Source of the DNA: Paraspadella gotoi
Taxonomy: Eukaryota; Animalia; Chaetognatha
Assembly: GCA_051294375.1 (NCBI GenBank)
Contig: CM119270.1
Coordinates: 3,013,562-3,077,561, forward strand
Reading direction: 5' to 3'
DNA: 64,000 bases
The notes under the pieces are model-generated. The model had not been told where the DNA came from, did no database searches, and saw only the letters and a program-made list of their open reading frames with translations. The position numbers and the translations under genes are program-made. Positions 13,901-25,590 of the stretch are shown here, piece after piece; the first letter of the stretch is position 1; each line of letters starts with the position of its first letter.

Positions 13901-14738
13901 ATAGCTTATTTATTAAATGAATGGATAATTTTTTTATTGGTTGTACCAATTTCATATAAGTTTAGATTAGTTATCTTGCCTCCTGGCCTCGGACAATCTA
14001 TTGTGAGTTAAGACCTTTTAACTTTGTGTATAATATATATTGTTGTTTAGTAAATCTTACAGTAAATCGATATGACGAAAAGTACCATTTAATTATATAT
14101 ATATATTTAATTATATATTTAATTATATATAGCTACGCTGCCATCGATAGCAAGTACTACTTTTTCATTATTATTATCAAATTAAATAGTTTTAACTTCG
14201 TCGTTAGCATCAACCACTCTGATATTAAAATCATCAACGATTTTCAATAATATTTTAAATCATGGATCGTTCCATGTCTTCACTATCATTCTCGATAGCG
14301 CCGATAGCGATTCACTCTCAAAGCGAGTCGCACGCTTTCCGGTAACGATTGAGTTTAAATTGGGTTCCACAACAAAAGACTCTTTGCATTTAAATTCAAA
14401 TTGGAGAGAAAGAAAATTGAAGGAGAAAGAGAAGAGGAAACGAAATCGAATTGATTCATGAACTTAGTTCCTTTAATCTATTAGTCATTGTATTTGAAAT
14501 TGCTAATAGTTCTTTGTAATTATGTTTATTCGGGCTCTTGATTGGCTATCTTTATTACTGTAGTCGAGCATTGCAACATGTTCATCCCGATGGTACCTAG
14601 TCCTACATTATACCAACCCAACTGTAAGTTGGTCGTGTTTATTTTTTATTATTATTATTTATTATCTCACACGTTTTTCACTTATGAAATTGGTACAACC
14701 AATCTAAAAATTATCCATTCATTTAATAAACAAGCTAT
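13901..14738. mobile_element. fold-back/MITE-like segment bounded by ~58-bp inverted repeats
   Basis: 13901-13960 is the near reverse complement of 14681-14738. The same sequence recurs at ~11222-11260 and ~48745-48825. Confidence 0.55.
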
Positions 14739-15578
14739 CAAGCTATCTCTATGTGTGTTTAAATAATCTATTAATAAAATTTCTTACAAATATTTTTTAA
14801 AATACTACGCGTACTTCTTTAATGGTAACTAGAGTGATGTGAAAATGATAAAATTTTAGAAAATTAAAATTTAGCATATAAAACATGAAAAAAAAAACCA
14901 ATAAAAATATTTTGGTAAATTTATTTTTTAATTTTATACATTTGTGGGCACCAGTGAGCTATATTTATATCTTGTAATAAGTATCTAACAAGCTAAAATT
15001 TCAAAATGTAATTTTTTAAATTTAAAAAATTCTTTCATTAAATTGGTTAAAAATTTTAAAAACTATTTTTAAAACACCGATTTTTAATTTCCAGCTTAAA
15101 ATTTTTTTTTTTAATTTTAACCTACTGAATGACATCATTTTTGAAAAAGGTTTATATTTTCTTTTACCAACTTTTTATGAGGAATCTGAATCTGTTCTCA
15201 GAATTTTAAAAAAACCATTTTGAAATTTTGACATTATATAAGGGTAGTACTATATACAAAATAAGCTGACTGGGCTACTATATTTATAACAAAACAAAAA
15301 CAACTACAGATTAGTATTCTTTAATATGATAGTTTTCAAGATATAACTCCTAAATTTTGATTCCAAACTTTCACTTCACCCTAATGGTAACACGAACCGC
15401 ATTTAAATCAAAATTATAACCGAACAAAGAGTAAAAACTATTCCCATTTAAAAACCACTTAACAAATTTTAAAATGAACGTGGATCAAAAAATGGAATTT
15501 TTTCCCCGTCTAATTGTACAATTGTACATAATGTACATATTCGGGGTTTGAAGCCGAATTTGAGTCACTTTCTCTTCA

Positions 15579-16042
15579 TCACTCAATCTTGATTTTGATG
15601 ATGTTGTCGTTGTTTCCGCCCCCAAATACATAAACCTCTCCATCAAGAAAAACCGCCTGATGATTGCAAATGTGAAAAGATCCGGTATCCGAGAAAATCA
15701 TTTCTTTCGTTTCTGCGTCGAAGATCCAAGTAGCGTGAGCTACATTTGTCTTGTCCTCGCCTCCGAGGATAATAAAGTGACGCTGAGAGATCGGGGTCAT
15801 AGAGAAGTTGAAACGAGGCGACGGTTTTGTGCTCAGAAGAGGAATTTCGGTCCACCCGTTCCATTTCGTATCGAAGCACCACATGTCATAAAGCGGAGAA
15901 TCACTGACTCCCCCAAAGATGTAAACCTTTTCCTTCAGTTCGGCGATGCCCATATTTGCTCTTGGCGTCGGACGTCGTTCTTTGGTTTCGTCGAACCAAC
16001 GAGACAAAGTCGGGGAAAATCGGAGAAGTTGGTTTGTACGAC
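15579..16042 (-). CDS. Kelch gene terminal exon (3 Kelch repeats)
   Basis: Acceptor taatgtag|, RTNQLLRFSPTLSRW...PRANMGIAELKEKVYIFGG...PSPRFNFSM...EVYVFGG, TGA stop. Confidence 0.9.
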
Positions 16043-19000
16043 CTACATTAAAAAGAAAAGAAATTAAATTAAAATATTTTAAAGTAAAAATAAAATATAA
16101 GATCCATAAATAATGTTACTATTTCTAGATTTACTGTAGTAAACTGGGACATAGGATAGAAAAAAAAAGGTTTCATTCATACAGAAATTACGAAAATATC
16201 GATTTTTATATTATTATTTATTATGTTATAAACTTTCTCTCTTTGTCTGATACAGAAATTACGAAAATATCGATTTTTATATTATATTTATTATGTTATA
16301 AACTTTCTTTCTTTGTCTGATAGTTTTTATTTTCTCTAGTTATATTTATTTAAATTTTCACATTATGTATCTTAACTCACAAGCGTGAACATCTCCACCA
16401 GGAAATAAGGACATTGATTTTTCACCATCATAGAGCTTTCCCCCGAAAAAGTAAAGATCTCGACCGTGACTCCAACCAACGTGATATTGTCGTTTCGCCG
16501 GCGTCGCGAAATTCCCCTTAAATTGGCTCCAAGTTCCATTGGTGTAGCTGAACAACCTAATTTGTAATTTTACCAACTATTAAACAATTTAACTCACAAA
16601 GCATTTTTTTATTATTAGTATTTTTTTTCTGTATTATTAGATCCCAACTCTATAATCCACTTTGTCGGTCCGTAGGTCCCCCCCCTGAATCTTGTCGGTC
16701 ATTCACTTAAATCAAGTCAGAACTTCGAATTATGATAAATTATTGTGTGTGGGTAGTAAAGCTGCATATCAAATTTTTGATGGAATCGTAGGAGTGGAAA
16801 ATAGTTAAAATTATTTATTTGAATTTTTAAAAGTTTCTCGCTCTCTATCTCTCTCTGATTGATTGATTTATTGATTGATTGATTGTTAATTTGGTTTAAT
16901 GATTTATTGATAATTTTTTTAATAGATATATTAAGAAATCTGTTATGATTTAATTGGTTATGATTCGTTATGTTTCTCTCTCTAATTATTTATTCATGAA
17001 TTTTCTTGTCACATTCATCCAACATCATTGTTTAATTTATTAATGATCTATTATCATCACGTCAATGATTGATTATTAACATAGCTACTATTATCTCATC
17101 AATAGATCGTTATCATTTTAATAATTAATAATTGGGAATCAACAATAAAAGTGAAGATTGGGAAGTGATGATCGAGAAGTGACCATTTGGAAGTGATGTT
17201 CGGGGAAAAAAGATCTTGAAATGACATTTTTTTTCATTAATTTATTTTAAAAATAATTTTGCTGGCAAGATCACTATACTAGAAATATTTGGTTTTATGT
17301 TATGATCTGTTGTAATATGTGATGATCACAAATTAAAAGAATCATCATGACTTATCATCTGGTTAGCTGCTTACCGCTAAATTATCGTAGGCAGATCCCA
17401 CATTGTTTGCTCAAACTTGTTTAATTTTTTTTTTTATCATTTTGGAATATTTCTCACCCGTCTCTATTATAAACATATAAAACCCCTTTGTGCCAAACAC
17501 CAAAAGATCCTAACGAAGAATGAGGAGGATTTCCTTGAGTCTTGATGCGACTCCACGAATTGGTAATGTGATCGAAAATCCACATGAAGTTGGTAGGATA
17601 ATTCAAAATGTTAATACCGCCCCAAATATGAATCAATCCGTTGATGATGAAGACCAGATGTCCAAAGGAAGATCCGGGCCATTTGGAAACATAATCGGCC
17701 TCATTGAAAAAAGTCTTACTCTGAGGACAAGAAATTCGCTCGACGTTTAATTTTGATTGAATCTTGGAAAGATGAGGAATCGAAGATTCTGAACATAGAA
17801 GTGACAAATTTTAAAATCGTTTTTTGTTAGAATACAGAGAAACCTTTCTATATCACTTGATTGATGGGGAAGTGAAGCACTCTCGGTGTTAATCAAGTAT
17901 ACTTTAAAAGAGTTGATTAAAAGCTTATAGGGGCTTGCTATTGAAAAGACAGTAATTATCGTTATGTGTTAGTGACAGAACCGTTCAATATAAGCAGTCC
18001 CTGAGCTTCGGATCAGGCTGTAACACCATGTTACAGGCGGGTTAAGCGCCCCGTCCCTCTTAACTGCTAGGCGACCACATGACTTGCACCAATGGCCGCT
18101 GATGAACGGTTGGTGGATTTTAGTTCACCATACTATGTATTATTATCATGTATACTACACAGTCTAATAAGCCAAACTATATTCTACAATGTATAAAGTA
18201 TTAAGTTATTATGAAAATTTGCAAATTACTTGTTTCACTATTTTCTATTTTTATATTTTATGAAGGATTTAGTATTTAATCTTATTATTTATTCAAATAT
18301 ATATTGCTTTCTTTCTTAAAAATGTTTTATTTATCTAATAATTCAATTTGGGAAGGGGAAGTCAGTGTTGTCTTCTGGAAATAGAGGGAGCATCTATACA
18401 ACACAAGGTTAGATTACTATCTGTCCTAGTTTTCTAATAGATATCACACATCATTTCTGTTAGAAAGTCATTAATGAAAAATCATAATATCTAAGAGGCT
18501 ATTATTATCTTATTTAGATAGTAATTGAATAGATAATAATGTAATATTTTATGAATGAATACAATAGAAGTATTAAACAATAAAATTACCTCCCGTTATC
18601 AACTCTTGTTCATCTCCAACCTCTCCTTGATCATCCTCCAACAAGACCCCCTTCACCATCAACTCGTCGACGGCATCCCTCAACATCTCTTCGCTTTCCT
18701 CGACTTCGTCTTCAATCTTCCCACTTCTTCCTCATCTCCTCCAACCTTCGTCGAGCTTCAATCCGTCCAGACAATAAAGCCATTCGTCTTCGGATTGAGG
18801 GAAATCTTTGAAGAAGACGTGGACGATCCGCTTGAGGTCCTCGAAGGCTTTCTTGCTCTCGTCGTAAGTCATTTCTAGGATTTTGGAATGGCTTTTCGAA
18901 ATTACTCCGGAATATTATCGATAACAGTGTTTTTGTCATATCACAAAGTTATATCTATTGCAATATTAAAAATTGATTTTTTTGACCCCAAAAAACCTCC

Positions 19001-20187
19001 TGAATTTTGTTCAATTATAAAATTTTATAAATTTATTACTTTTTACTCTTTTAAAAGTAAAATCGTTTGAATTTTTTCTTTAATAACTGGTTTCATATCT
19101 TTAATTATAAAAAAATATAAAATGGAACACCAAAATGGCGAAATACAAAATTACATTTCAAATTTTCTAGTCTTGGGTTCCACTAATAAATAAATGATAG
19201 TAATATTTATTTGTTTATCAATAACTTATAATCACCTTTTCCTTCGTCGACCACGATCAAATCTCTCTTCGCCAATAAAGATTTATTTGTTTATCAATAA
19301 CTTTTAATCACCTTTTCCTTCGTCGACCACGATCAAATCTCTCTTTGCCAACAAAGATTTATTTGTTTATCAATAACTTTTAATTACCTTTTCCTTTGTT
19401 GACCACAATCAAATCTCTCTTTGCCAATAAAGATTTATTTGTTTATCAATAACTTATAATCACCTTTTCCTTCGTCGACCACGATCAAATCTTTCTTCGC
19501 CAATAAAGATTTATTTGTTTATCAATAACTTTTAATCACCTTTTACTTCGTCGACCACGATCAAATTTTTCTTCGCCAATAAAGATTTATTTGTTTATCA
19601 ATAACTTTTAATCATCTTTTACTTCGTCGACCACGATCAAATCTTTCTTCGCCAATAAAGATTTATTTGTTTATCAATAACTTTTAATCACCTTTTCCTT
19701 CATCGACCACGATCAAATCTCTCTTCGCCAATAAAGATTTATTTGTTAACTTATAATTACCTTTTCCTTCGTCGACCACAATCAAATCTCTCTTCGCCAA
19801 TAAAGATTCCACCGCCATCTTAACGTCGTCATCTTCGATCTCTTCCTCGAAAATGTGACGAAATAAACTCAAGTCGCAAGATTCGAAGACTGGGACGAAC
19901 TTATCGCCTATAGTTTCGCCGCTGAGTCCGTCCAGATGATCGTAGCTTCTGAGGACGTCTTGATTCTTGAGACACCACCGGTTCCAGAGGGCGCCGTCGT
20001 CCCAAGATTTAGAGAAGACCCTCTCGAGATAAACTCTGAAGAACTCGCGACACATTCGGGGACTCCAGCTGAGGACGGCTTCCGAGTAGCGGAGATAAAG
20101 AGCCTCGGAGATTGACGGAGAGTTGGAGACGATGTCCAGATTCGAGGGGCTTGCGAGTAGGCGGAAGAGACTTCCGGCGGCGGCCAT
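15579..20187 (-). CDS. Kelch-repeat (beta-propeller) protein gene, 5 exons, ~560 codons, one in-frame TGA in exon 2
   Basis: Exons 20187-19761, 18874-18590, 17788-17458, 16556-16381 and 16042-15579 have GT/AG ends and consistent phases (1,1,2,1); total 1683 nt. Kelch motifs: IHIWGG..WIFDHITNSWS, LYFFGG, VYIFGG..WCFDTKWNGW, FIILGG..TWIFD, VYVFGG. A further upstream exon cannot be excluded. Confidence 0.85.
16381..16556 (-). CDS. Kelch gene exon 4
   Basis: aattag| LFSYTNGTWS...PAKRQYHVGWSHGRDLYFFGG |gtgagt. Confidence 0.88.
16625..16800 (-). mobile_element. interspersed repeat in Kelch intron 3, related (inverted) to 41900-42050; possibly Helitron/Helentron-associated non-autonomous element
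   Basis: tttgtcggtccgt...ggtcattcac...agaact...gataaattat matches the reverse complement of ataatttatc...agttctga...gtgaatgacc...gacggaccgacaaa. Confidence 0.5.
17458..17788 (-). CDS. Kelch gene exon 3
   Basis: gttcag| ...WPGSSFGHLVFIINGLIHIWGG...WIFDHITNSWSRIKTQGNPP |gtgaga. Confidence 0.88.
17938..18134 (-). mobile_element. short interspersed repeat, copy 2 (in Kelch intron 2, sense to the gene)
   Basis: Reverse complement of 12655-12830 with a different internal 5' segment shared with the 26185 copy. Confidence 0.8.
17993..18068 (-). ncRNA. twister-like self-cleaving ribozyme candidate (P5-permuted, P1-reduced), best-preserved copy
   Basis: AGCAGUU-AA-GAGG-GACGG-GGCGCU-UAA-CCC-GC-CUGUAACAuggUGUUACAG-CCUGA-UCCGAAGC-UCAGG-GACUGCU. 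T1 pseudoknot CCG/CGG covaries with the canonical CCC/GGG, T2 is GC/GC, and the U^A site is conserved. Confidence 0.6.
18345..18490. repeat. interspersed repeat shared with 47360-47500
   Basis: ggaaggg...agtgtt(g/a)tctt...agggagcatctata...acacaa(g/a)gtta...tcattt...tagaaa in both places. Confidence 0.7.
18590..18874 (-). CDS. Kelch gene exon 2 (acidic domain; in-frame TGA at 18734-18732)
   Basis: cctag| EMTYDESKKAFEDLKRIVHVFFKDF...LDGL...WRR*GRSGKIEDEVEESEEMLRDAVDELMVKGVLL... |gtaatt; 285 nt, phase 1/1. Confidence 0.7.
19205..19808. repeat. 76-bp tandem repeat (8 copies) built from the exon 1 3' end and splice donor
   Basis: Unit atcaccttttccttcgtcgaccacgatcaaatctctcttcgccaataaagatttatttgtttatcaataacttt.. 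at 19231, 19307, 19383, 19459, 19535, 19611, 19687 and 19756. Confidence 0.95.
19761..20187 (-). CDS. Kelch gene exon 1 (N-terminal domain of unknown family)
   Basis: ATG-initiated GC-rich ORF MAAAGSLFRLL...DEGK ending at donor aaag|gtaatt, in phase with exon 2. Confidence 0.7.
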
Positions 20188-20454
20188 GACGGACGAGGAA
20201 GCGAAGTTGTGGCTTCAAAGTCAGTTGAGCTATTTTGAGAAAAACTGAATTAAAACCCACGATAAAAAGAAAAATATACGCGATAACAGTTAAAATCTTA
20301 ATACAAGCCCAGGACCCGTTCCATGGCCAGGGATCAATCAACCTAAAATTGTAGAAATCTTAATTTACTGTATCTTAATCATTTTCTCACATCTTGTAAG
20401 AGGTTTTCTATTAAAAAATAATCATAGCGAATTTCCACAAAACAATTTTTCTAT

Positions 20455-20498
20455 GACGCTGAAGAAGACTTGTAAACTAAAGCCGAAACATGTACGTC
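20455..20498 (+). ncRNA. minimal type I hammerhead ribozyme (Penelope pLTR-type), slightly degenerate
   Basis: GACG-CUGAAGA-A-GACUU(guaaacua)AAGCC-GAAA-CAU-GUA^-CGUC: stem I GACG/CGUC, palindromic ACAUGU stem III, followed by AATAAA. Confidence 0.65.
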
Positions 20499-21574
20499 CT
20501 TATGTACTAATAAAATCGTTGTTGCAAATAAACTCAAACTTATTTCTACTAAAAAATAATCGAAAACTTTTAAAAATCTACCCAAAATGTTCATAAAAAT
20601 TTAAACAAATTTTTTTCTTCAGTAAAACTAGATTTTCAAAAGAAAAATAATTTTTTAACTGTAAGCTAAATTTCTACAACCAAATTTTTAACTTAAAACT
20701 GATTCTTTACAGTAAGCTCAATTTCTACTTCTTATATTTAATTCTTCTTTGGTACAAGTACATACTTGGAGTTGTATCACTAATAAGTCTAAAATAAACT
20801 ACTCTACACATTTTTCAGACGGATTTTTATGCTTTTATAGTTTTATGAGTTAAAAAACTTATCAAATTTATTTCAAATTGACTTTTTACTTTATGTAAAT
20901 GTTTATATCATAATATAGTTGCCCTATTTTCAAGGGAATCTCTGAAAAAAAAAATAAAATCTGAATTAAAAAAAATTAAAAACAGTAAGCCATTTTTTTA
21001 AGACATTGGCGTTTAACAAACTCCATCATCACATCCCGTATGTATGTTGTGGTGAATCTTGCAAAAGTAACGAGTACAGAATTTAACTTCCTTGACGAAG
21101 TGAAGTTAAAAACGAAGAGTTGCAGCTCAAACCGTTGGACTCTTCTTGAAGAAAAAAATATATTGGGCAAGAAAGGAAAGGTGGGGGAGATTCTATGAGC
21201 GCCTTTTTGGAAAAATGTTTTTCGTTTCAAAGATATTAAAGAATTAATCCCAAAAATTGACTAAAATAATCAAATTTTCTATGAAGGAAGGCAAATTATG
21301 AAAGTATCTTTTCATAGAATTGGAGTTCGTTACCTAAAGGTAATTCATGCCAAATTTTATGAGAAACCGCCTTACCGTTTGGGCTGCAACTCTTCAAATA
21401 GGTTTCTTTTATTTTATATAGTACAAAAAAATTCGAAAAAACGATGACGCCTTTGAAAAAATAGTAAAGTGAAAACATTTTCGGAATCGTCAGGAGCTCT
21501 CCTTTCGAAATCCGAGCTCGGCTTTAGCCTAATTATAATTTGAATTGAGTGATCCCGGACCTTAAAGAAGTTGG

Positions 21575-21640
21575 GGATAGCACTCTTCAGCCCCACTTAG
21601 CGCCTTATCCACGCTGGGTCGCGACCGAAGGTGTCATGCT
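21575..21640 (-). ncRNA. degenerate type II hammerhead-like RNA with loop I-3' tail pseudoknot
   Basis: AGCAU-GACA(GAAA variant)-CC-UUC-GG-UC^-..AGCG-UGGAUAAGG-CGCU..-CUGAAGA-GUGCU-AUCC. Stem II is AGCAU/GUGCU and loop GGAU can pair with AUCC; the base of stem I is imperfect. Confidence 0.35.
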
Positions 21641-22268
21641 TAAAGGCGGGGTGGACTTATGCAATGCCCGACTACAGTTGTCCGACAAGTTTGCCGTAAC
21701 AGAATGACAATGAGTCATTCAGTCATTCAGTCGATGTCAGAGACGAGGAATACATTGAATTAGAAGTTCTTTTCAAAACATTTGATAAAAGGTTATTATG
21801 TGAATAAAGTCTCATTATTAGATTTCCGAACAATACAGAACATGAAACACGTAACATACACATACGATGTACGTCATACATCACGAGATCTCAATGCGGA
21901 GCCTAAAAACCCTTTTATTTACGTTAAGGTACATGTCACTATTAATATCAAATCTATCCTAAAATACAATCTCATTTTCTCAACTTCTCAAAGACCAGCG
22001 GGTTCCACCCAGAACATTATTTTTTCGATCTCTTTCTATGACGCTACTCTTATCTCTCCGGTTTCCTTAATTCCACCCCTCTCTCTCTCTCCCTCTCACT
22101 CTCGCTCCCGTCTCTCTCTCTCTCTATCTTCAACATTTAAAAACTTGTCTTCGATTTTTGGCAGAGAGAGAATCTTCTCAAAGCTTCCCTGACGTTGATA
22201 CCCGCTAACGACTTTCGACTTCCGCCGACGGAAAAAGCGCCTCTTCTAATCAGCGAACCAAGGCTTGG

Positions 22269-22374
<106 letters not shown>

Positions 22375-23439
22375 ACTTCTCTTGGTCGTCAGCCAAATAA
22401 ATGGTCGATATATTGACTTTAAAAACCTTTTTAAATCTATTTCAGTTAAAAGTTTAATTTTCGCTTTACTGAAGTTTCAATTGCATTGATTCACCTTTAC
22501 CGTTTCTTTTTTTTTTTTAAATCCTGACGGAATTCTTAATTTTTTTATGTCTTATTTCAAAAATTAAAAATAGAAGACCTAACAATTATTTTAATGTAGT
22601 AAAAAAACTTAAATCTTAAAAGATACAATAAAAATAATCTCCATTAGCCTTACTCGCCTCTTCATCCCCTGACCTTTGGCAATATCGGTTTCAGGCTTAA
22701 ACATAAATGTTTGGCGCGGAATAATAATATGAGGTCCTCTCGGGTCGCTATTAATCATTTTAACGATTATTAAACCACTTTGCTATTTTTTTTTCATCGT
22801 GTTTATGCAAATAATTAAAAGAAGAGGAGCATGGGACCCGAACACATCGTCTAGTTTTGAACAAACCACGAAAAAAATGTCTGGCACCTCGCTTACTCTC
22901 TTAAACAATCGGTGTTTAATAAAACAAAGAACAATAACAATCAATCATATATTCAATATACATACAATCATATAACAATCAATTTTAAAACTTTATCGTT
23001 TCATTCTTTATGCAAATGAAAAAAAGGTTAGAATTTTCGGAACCAAAATATCAAATATTGACGAGGATTTGAATTTTTAATTAAAACTACAATTACTTTT
23101 AATGTAAATCACTTTGATTTATGCGATTTGTTGTTTTGCTTTTAAAAACCAGCTCGTGCCATTTTAAGTCAGTCTCGTTTTTTGTTTTTTTTTTTTTGTA
23201 GGTGTGTCTGACTGTCGGTCTGTCAGACTGCTATTATTATTTATTATCATTATTTAAGAAGTCAGATCTATCAAATGGCGGGTACCACTCCTTCACTTTC
23301 ATCACCTCCCCCCCCTTTTACCCTTCACTCCCCCCTCACTTCCCCCACTTCCCCCCCCTCTCCATCAATGGTGATTCCGACTGGAATCTTCGACTTTTCC
23401 TTCGGGACGAGAATTTTCTCCTCAAGATCCAAGTCATTT

Positions 23440-23725
23440 GCGAGTCGGCAAAAACCGGATGTGTCGGTAAAATTTTCGTCAGCCAAAACAGGATGTCGTA
23501 AAAATGGCATCTGCAAAAAAACCAGATGTGTTGGTAAAATCTAATCGGTAAAAACGGATGTGTAGGTAAAATTGAGAAGCGTCGACAGAGGAGAAAATCT
23601 GCTACAGTGCAACGGCAAAAGAGAGTTGCGGAAGAAGGCACCAACATAATTGATTCTGTTGCGGTGTAAAGTTGTGGCAGTAGTGCGTCGGCAAAACCAT
23701 TTTGCGTCGGATTCAGCGACAAAAG
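23440..23725. repeat. degenerate tandem repeats (aaaccggatgtgtcggtaaaat), MITE-like
   Basis: 4-5 diverged copies of the motif. Confidence 0.55.
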
Positions 23726-24658
23726 TGCGTCGATGGAGAGGCTTAAAATTCGCTCAGCGAAAAAGGCAAAAGGAAAATGGTTTGACGCATTTCATTGCAA
23801 CGACGAAACTTGTACTTTTTTTTTTTGGCATTTTGGTTGAATGAACGCGAGCTTATTGATGGTTGAACAAGATCGGCATTCCAAATATTTCGCTATTTTC
23901 TTCCCATTTTTTTTCTTCGCTAAAATAAAGTCTCACTTAGAAAATAAAAGAAAAATGTCACCCTCTAAAGAAAATTCCGTTGTGAATTAAATTATTAATG
24001 TACTCGAGGTTAATCTAAATTCCTATGAACCGTTTTCGCCCGATGCGTCTTTTTTTTTTCTTTTTTTTTTGTTTCACATTTTCGGATATGCCGCGAGTCA
24101 TCGATGATATATTCTACAAGTCACATTTTGGGAGGTTGGTTGGTCGTTCTATGTCCGTATATCGGTTTCTCTCTAGTAATAATGATAATAATAATTACAT
24201 AATGTAGTTATGTTACATACCTGCACCTAAAAATATTAACCTATGACTCAAAAGTAAATGTATTAATATTGGTCATTTAAGTTAAGAATTTAATTGCAAG
24301 TACAATATAAAATGTTTTCATGTATGTATTTTATATTTATTTAGTTATGTAATCTTACGTTAATTCGTAATAATAAGAACGGCGCAACATCTAGAACTTG
24401 TCAGTTTCTTTCTATCTCTTTTTTTCTTTTTTTCTTTAAATCTCTTTATTTTTTTTCTTTCCATCTCTTTCTTTCTAATTTTTTTTCTATCTCTTTCGTT
24501 CTATTTTTCTTTCTATCTCTTTCTTTCTGTTTTTCTTTCTATCTCCTGCTTTCCTTTTCGCTTTCCTTCAACTAATAATCTATAACTGAAATTCTCTGCG
24601 GAGGAAGAGATAAGAACTAAGGACTCGAGTCTCTTTCGATTCACTTAACGCCATAGGG

Positions 24659-24741
<83 letters not shown>

Positions 24742-25480
24742 CCCGGATGTTCTCGATTTGATAAACGGGGAAATCCTCAACGATAAGAGATTTCTACATC
24801 CGGGTCACACCCCCTAACTTTTGATCTCCCAAACCATTTTCTTTTTAGTCACTCCTACTTCCTCTCGCTCTCCGTCCGAACCTTTAAGTTTTACGGAGAT
24901 TCAATCATTCACAGAAGTGGGAGGGAGTCACGCGGGAGGCCATCAATCTGTCAATCAATAAATTAATCATTTGATTCAATCGATCTAACCGTAAATTAAT
25001 AAATACAATAAATCTATCATTAAATCAAATGATTAATCATTTAATCAGGCAATTATCCAAATCATTTCATATTGTAGAAGACGAAAATAGTAAAAAATAA
25101 AAGAAAGTCGCCTCAACATTATATTTAATCAATGCATCATTCAATTAAACAATTAATCAATACCATAAATAATCACTCTCATATTATTTAAGAAATCGTT
25201 AAAAAAAAAAAAAAGAAACTGAATTCTAATTTTTTAAAAAAATCTTCAAGTTTTCATCTCTTATTCTCCTGACATCAAAAGAAGAAGAAGAAAAAAAAAG
25301 AAAAAAGAAAAAAAGGGAAAAAAAATGAAAAGTGGATCGATATTTCTGATTCATTCTCTCGCAGCAGCAGCGGCGGCGAAATTTCTCGGCTGCGGCGGCT
25401 GTCATTTGCTGCGGCTGAGGCCGCTGCGAGTTCCACCCTCTTTAAAGATGACGTCTTATGAACTTTTAGGGGCTTCACCT

Positions 25481-25590
<110 letters not shown>

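Noticed and set aside
18099-18134. CUGAUGA followed by a hairpin (hammerhead?) on the opposite strand of the twister-bearing repeat
   Set aside because: No GAAA or stem III follows; all copies end right after the hairpin.
18555-18878. Plus-strand 107-aa ORF
   Set aside because: Antisense shadow of Kelch exon 2, which has the proper splice sites on the minus strand.
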